From Candidatus Methanomethylicaceae archaeon (GTDB lineage Archaea > Thermoproteota > Methanomethylicia > Methanomethylicales > Methanomethylicaceae), in contig JBMFMY010000001.1 in NCBI GenBank assembly GCA_049970435.1, positions 1 to 29,177 of the forward strand: 29,177 nt of DNA, given 5' to 3'. The notes under the pieces were generated by a model. The model saw nothing but the letters and a program-made list of their open reading frames with translations, searched no databases and was not told where the DNA came from. The position numbers were made by a program, and so were the translations under genes. Positions 25,107 through 29,177 of this stretch are shown piece after piece. Numbering within the stretch: position 1 is the stretch's first letter; each line of letters opens with the position of its first letter.

Positions 25107-25298
25107 CTATCCTTCTACCTTCTTTTCACTCTTTATTCTCTCTATCTCACGCTTGATGTACTCCAGCTCTTTTTCTAAAGATTCCTTGATAGCTTCGAGT
25201 TCTACCAACGGGGGTGTTCTGTACCAGAAACCGTAGGCATGAGGACCAAATCCGCACCTGCAGGGTCCATACCTAGGATACCAATAAGGTCTGTACAC
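25107..25298 (-). CDS. small DUF5320-like protein (Gly/aromatic N-terminus + coiled coil)
   Basis: GTG start after GGTGAT; YGPCRCGFGP, ELEAIKESLEKELEYIKREIERI; lies next to DUF134, a common neighbour. Confidence 0.7.
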   Translation of the reverse strand: MYRPYWYPRYGPCRCGFGPHAYGFWYRTPPLVELEAIKESLEKELEYIKREIERIKSEKKVEG

Positions 25299-25433
25299 GC
25301 CATATCACCATCAACAAACATGTGAAAACCATTATTTAAATTTTGTGATATATCTCATTATAGTTGCCGAAATTTAGTAACAATGAAGAGGGTTCACGTA
25401 AGGGATCCCTCTCCATTCGTGAATTGGCGGTTA

Positions 25434-26654
25434 TCACATTAGAGGTATTATTGTAATGTATAGCGAGCATATCACCGCAGTTGTTATAACTCCAGCGATA
25501 TTTGGACCCATAGCGTAAAGTATTATGTAATTCTTGGGATTTATCTCTTGGGCCATCTTTTGTGAGATCTTAGCTGTTGTGGGAACACATGAAACGCCGG
25601 CAGGACCAAGAAGTGGATTTATCTTTTTTCCACTTATAAAATACAGTACCATCCCCCCGATCGCTCCTCCAACACAAGAAAGGATTAGAGACGTTATCCC
25701 TAGCACAAGTATTAGAAATACTTTAGGGTTAGTTACTACATCAGATGTGGTCAACATTCCCAGGACAAATGCCAAGAAGAAAGTCGATCCTGACAGCACG
25801 ACTTCATCCAAGAACTTTGTGTACCTCTCGATCTTCACCTCTTTTATCACGACGCCCAAGAAGAAAGATGCGAAGAGTGGTGCGGCGGATGGGAACAGTA
25901 GACAGAGCAAACCACCCACCAAGACGGCGAATATCAGCTTCTCCCTTTGATCTACTTTGCCAATCTTCATCGGATCCATGTAGGTTCCCATAGCTGCCTT
26001 TGGGATTATCGCCTTGTTGATGTATGGTTGCAGTATGTATAGAACGCTCAAGTATATGTAGGCAATTATCCCGATCGGCACAAACAACTCAGGGGCAAGG
26101 AAAAGTGAGGTGAGAAGCACAATCGGTCCGTCCGCTCCACCCACTATTGATACTGCGGCTGCCTCCTTCAGACTCAAACCAGCCATCACTCCCATCGGGA
26201 GTGTGAAGACTGTCCCCAGCTCTGCAAAGGATGCCAAGAAGAGACTCATGAGTGGTTTCGAGATGAGGAATGATAGGTCGGTGATCAGACCAATCCCGAG
26301 AAAGATCATGCATACTATAAGAGTGTTCAAGAAAGCCAAGGTGTAAACAGGCTGTAGCCAGAATATCTGCAGTGCCTGTACCACATCTGATGGCGAAGAG
26401 ACCATGGGGTTTACATGGAGCGTTCCGATCGCACCGTTTGGCAGAACAAGCATGGACATATTTGAGAACAATATCCCTAAACCCATGGGGAGTATTATTA
26501 GTGGTTCGACTATCTTCTTGTAGCCCAAAAACACAAACAAGCCACCAATGAATATGAGCGCAAGCCTCGCCAAAGCTTGAAGGGGCTGGACCAAGAAAAA
26601 AGTCCATATACCTGGGAAAAACGGGCCTATGATGTCAAAAAGATTAAATGGCAT
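25434..26654 (-). CDS. oadB: Na+-translocating decarboxylase beta subunit
   Basis: IIEPL-like IVEPLIILPMGLG, IFLGIG, SIVGGADGP, GIIAYIY, GPAGVSCVP, MGPNIAGVI. Confidence 0.92.
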   Translation of the reverse strand: MPFNLFDIIGPFFPGIWTFFLVQPLQALARLALIFIGGLFVFLGYKKIVEPLIILPMGLGILFSNMSMLVLPNGAIGTLHVNPMVSSPSDVVQALQIFWLQPVYTLAFLNTLIVCMIFLGIGLITDLSFLISKPLMSLFLASFAELGTVFTLPMGVMAGLSLKEAAAVSIVGGADGPIVLLTSLFLAPELFVPIGIIAYIYLSVLYILQPYINKAIIPKAAMGTYMDPMKIGKVDQREKLIFAVLVGGLLCLLFPSAAPLFASFFLGVVIKEVKIERYTKFLDEVVLSGSTFFLAFVLGMLTTSDVVTNPKVFLILVLGITSLILSCVGGAIGGMVLYFISGKKINPLLGPAGVSCVPTTAKISQKMAQEINPKNYIILYAMGPNIAGVITTAVICSLYITIIPLM

Positions 26655-26661
26655 ATTTTCA

Positions 26662-26784
26662 TCACTTTGCTTTTTCTCTGGTCAAACGCCTAATGAGTGA
26701 AATCACCCCTGCAACGAACAGTGAAAACATGAATAAGCTCAAAAATACTTCCAGCGAGAAGAGAAAGACGCTCTGGATGTCCAT
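26662..26784 (-). CDS. OadG/MmdD-like single-TM gamma subunit (40 aa; absent from the ORF track)
   Basis: ATG 26784 to TGA 26662: MDIQSVFLFSLEVFLSLFMFSLFVAGVISLIRRLTREKAK. Fills the gap between BCCP and oadB exactly. Confidence 0.75.
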   Translation of the reverse strand: MDIQSVFLFSLEVFLSLFMFSLFVAGVISLIRRLTREKAK

Positions 26785-26789
26785 ATAGA

Positions 26790-27014
26790 TCAACCCTCAA
26801 CATCTATTGTCATGAGCGTGCTTCCCAATTCCACCTGATCGCCTGTTTTCACCTTGATCTCTTTAATTTTACCTGACTTGGGTGCAACTATCTCCGTCTC
26901 GAGCTTCAGCACATCCATGGTCAAAACGACGTCGTTCTCCTTGACATATTCCCCCTCCTTAACCTTTATCGACAAAACTTTACCCACAACGGGGGATATC
27001 ACCGGCTCGTCCAT
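26790..27014 (-). CDS. stand-alone biotin carboxyl carrier protein (biotin/lipoyl domain)
   Basis: ISPVVGKVLSIKVKEGEYV, DVLKLETEIVAPKSGKIKEI.V..GDQV. ATG 27014 after GGTGG. Confidence 0.85.
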   Translation of the reverse strand: MDEPVISPVVGKVLSIKVKEGEYVKENDVVLTMDVLKLETEIVAPKSGKIKEIKVKTGDQVELGSTLMTIDVEG

Positions 27015-27104
27015 TTTTCCACCCAAGATGAAATACGCCTCATTTAATATTAATTTTTTTTGTATAAACGGAATTTATTATTTATTTAAAAACTAAGAAA
27101 ATAA

Positions 27105-27162
27105 ACGTAAAATTTTAACTATGTCATTAAAACTTAACAATATGACAATCAAAATTTTACAT
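27105..27162. promoter_or_regulatory. nested imperfect palindrome upstream of BCCP-oadG-oadB
   Basis: GTAAAATTTT (27107-16) / AAAATTTTAC (27151-60) enclose TGTCAT / ATGACA. Confidence 0.5.
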
Positions 27163-27207
27163 AGGTCTGGCGATAAGGCTCCAGATTCTTATTGTGGAGA
27201 GCGTCCA

Positions 27208-28305
27208 CTAGGTAAATATGCTGATCACTTTGTCAACGGTCTTTATGCCCGTCCCAGTCATCGGTATCAAAGTATCCCTTAAGCCTTTGAGTTTTTTAAA
27301 CGCCGCATATGCAGTTGCGGATGTTGGTTCTACTATTATGCCTCTCTTATAGAGCTGCTTTAGTGCTTCGATTATCTCGTCATCATTTACTGTGAGCACA
27401 TCACCATGAGTCGCTCTGATCACATCCAAAATCTCGTTCTTCCTGGGTGGATCTTCAATTCTGAGCCCGTCAGCCAACAAACTCTTTTTTGATCCTTGCA
27501 TCGAGCCGTGAACCGCTTCGTATATCGGAGCGCACCCCTCCCCCTGTACAGCATAGAAAGTTGGGATTCTATCGATGAATCCCATCTCTGTGAGCTCGGT
27601 AAAACCCTTAAACAGCCCTAAGAACAACGTACCACTCGCAACGGGCACCACAAGCGCCTCAGGGACTCTACCTCTCTCAAACAACTCGAACACTACCGTC
27701 TTCATACCCTCTATGTAAAATGCGTCCCACGTGTGTCCTATGTAGAGATCTTCTGGTCTTAATTCTCCTACAGCTCTGATCGATGCCTCCTTCCTTGTAG
27801 CGCATTCCACAATGTCTGCACCGCATGAGCGAATTAGAACGCGTTTTGCAACAGGCGCATCCTTCGGAACATATATCCTGGCTTTTATGCCCGCCCTGGC
27901 AGCATAAGCAGCTGCAGCTATACCCGCATTCCCTGAAGAGTCCTCAACAATGCTTTTGACACCTATCTGTCTTGCCCTGTTGACACTCACTACTGCGCCT
28001 CTATCCTTAAAAGATCCCGTTGGCGAAAAGTATTCAAGCTTTAAAAAAACTCCCTCATCTTTTATCTCAATCAGAGGAGTGCCCCCTTCACCTAAAGTTA
28101 TGTGTCTTTCTGAGAAGGGGATGAGTTTCTTGTACCTCCAAAGCCATGCCTCCTCCTTTTCGACCAATTCTTCAAACCTGTTATATCTTGGATACTCAGC
28201 GACTAAATTTAGTGGAAGTTTACACGATGAGCAGCTCCAGCACCGAGCATCAAGAGGGTATTCCCTTCCACACAGTCGGCACATAAGCCTAAATATCATA
28301 GCCAC
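27208..28305 (-). CDS. threonine synthase-like fold-type II PLP enzyme
   Basis: N-terminal CxxC..CxxC, LGEGGTPL, LKLEYFSPTGSFKDRG, DSSGNAG, PVASGT, VEPTSA, GTGIK. Confidence 0.85.
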   Translation of the reverse strand: MAMIFRLMCRLCGREYPLDARCWSCSSCKLPLNLVAEYPRYNRFEELVEKEEAWLWRYKKLIPFSERHITLGEGGTPLIEIKDEGVFLKLEYFSPTGSFKDRGAVVSVNRARQIGVKSIVEDSSGNAGIAAAAYAARAGIKARIYVPKDAPVAKRVLIRSCGADIVECATRKEASIRAVGELRPEDLYIGHTWDAFYIEGMKTVVFELFERGRVPEALVVPVASGTLFLGLFKGFTELTEMGFIDRIPTFYAVQGEGCAPIYEAVHGSMQGSKKSLLADGLRIEDPPRKNEILDVIRATHGDVLTVNDDEIIEALKQLYKRGIIVEPTSATAYAAFKKLKGLRDTLIPMTGTGIKTVDKVISIFT

Positions 28306-28311
28306 ACACCA

Positions 28312-29177
28312 CTAATTACTCTTTACCTTCTGATTAAAGCGTTTCCTTCTTCTCTGCATGAACTCGAGTGCCACATTTGGAAGAAGCGCATAACTGAGGT
28401 AGTCTTCCTCCTTCTCCACTAAATCCTTCGGCAATTCGCTCTTGACTTTTTCCCACATTGGCGGTAAAAGATCAGCTGGTCTGACCGTTATGACCTCTTC
28501 CTTTGTCAGCTCCAAAACCTCCTTCGATATAGGTGCAGGAGGTCTGCCATAAAGTCCCTTTATGTAGTCTTTGACCTCTTTCGGCACCAGTCTGTATTTA
28601 CCAACCAATACGTTGAGGACTGCCTGTGCGCCTATTATCTGGCTAGTTGGGGTTACCAAAGGGGGCCATCCAAGGTCTTCCCTGACCCTCGGCACCTCTC
28701 TGAGAACTTCCTCTAGCTTGTTGAGTGCTCTTTGCTGCTCAAGCTGGTAGATGAGGTTGCTGAGCATCCCGCCCGGGATTTGATGTATCAAAACTCCCAA
28801 ATCGACGGGGCGCTCCTTCTTGGCATAGTCGAACTTCTCAAACCCCTTTCTAATCTCCCAGAAGTAGTCTGAAACCTTTTGAATGGCGTGCAGATCCAGC
28901 TCTACTGGATACTTCTCCTTCAATGCATAGTAGAGGCTCTCGATAGGAGGCTGAGAAGTGGCCCCAGACATCGAAGATATTGTACAGTCCAATATATCAG
29001 CGCCAGCCTCCACTGCCTTCAAGTAAGTCATTGGTGCGAGGCCTGCTGTACAGTGGCTGTGTACATCGATTGGAAGCCCTATTCTCTTCAGCATGGTGAC
29101 TAGTTGGAAGGCAACATGCGGGGTCAAAATTCCAGACATATCCTTTATGCAAAGGTAATCGGGCTCTAGAGATGCCA
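28312..29177 (-). CDS. oadA: oxaloacetate decarboxylase alpha / pyruvate carboxylase B carboxyltransferase (5' part outside the window; no fused biotin domain)
   Basis: LCIKDMSG, DVHSHCTAG, HQIPGGMLSNL, RVREDLGWPPLVTPTSQIIG.QA. The frame stays open to the window edge. Confidence 0.88.
   Translation of the reverse strand, partial: ASLEPDYLCIKDMSGILTPHVAFQLVTMLKRIGLPIDVHSHCTAGLAPMTYLKAVEAGADILDCTISSMSGATSQPPIESLYYALKEKYPVELDLHAIQKVSDYFWEIRKGFEKFDYAKKERPVDLGVLIHQIPGGMLSNLIYQLEQQRALNKLEEVLREVPRVREDLGWPPLVTPTSQIIGAQAVLNVLVGKYRLVPKEVKDYIKGLYGRPPAPISKEVLELTKEEVITVRPADLLPPMWEKVKSELPKDLVEKEEDYLSYALLPNVALEFMQRRRKRFNQKVKSN

Noticed and set aside
296-29103. Numerous 60-170 aa ORFs in the track overlapping longer genes on the opposite strand or frame (e.g. 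7022-7684, 26089-26607)
   Set aside because: These are shadow ORFs of well-supported genes, with no motifs or independent start signals.

Overview
Archaeal chromosomal window, standard genetic code. SepS, Taw1, a proteasome beta subunit, CTP-dependent RibK, a TackOD1-type protein, TreT and an intron-containing tRNA point to a TACK-group archaeon; Methanomethylicia/Verstraetearchaeota-like is inference only. All product calls come from motif recognition, with no database search. From left to right: a possibly frameshifted beta-propeller fragment, a hypothetical gene, mobA, a COG1672/DUF234 ATPase, a molybdopterin oxidoreductase, a TackOD1 + REase-fold protein, tRNA-Ala(UGC), CBS-treT, DUF169/DUF2284, a thiW-ecfA-ecfA-ecfT thiamine-precursor ECF transporter, tRNA-Arg(CCG) with a 13-nt intron, DUF357, ribL, the minus-strand run psmB-taw1-translin-sepS-nfi-ribK, DUF504-NOG1 GTPase, a CPBP protease, a CBS protein, a Cas2-like/DUF2117 fusion, DUF134/DUF5320-like genes, and a Na+-translocating decarboxylase cluster (carboxyltransferase, thrC-like, BCCP, an unannotated 40-aa OadG-like gene, oadB). 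The most notable non-coding signal is two diverged ~290-bp protein-free IS200/IS605-type elements (13409-13705, 21213-21496) plus a solo right-end hairpin (6158-6181). They keep a WTTAA target, terminal hairpins, TCAC ends and a structurally conserved core resembling a TnpB omegaRNA scaffold. One is followed immediately by a phased 7-nt repeat array. No CRISPR array, rRNA or intact transposase is present.
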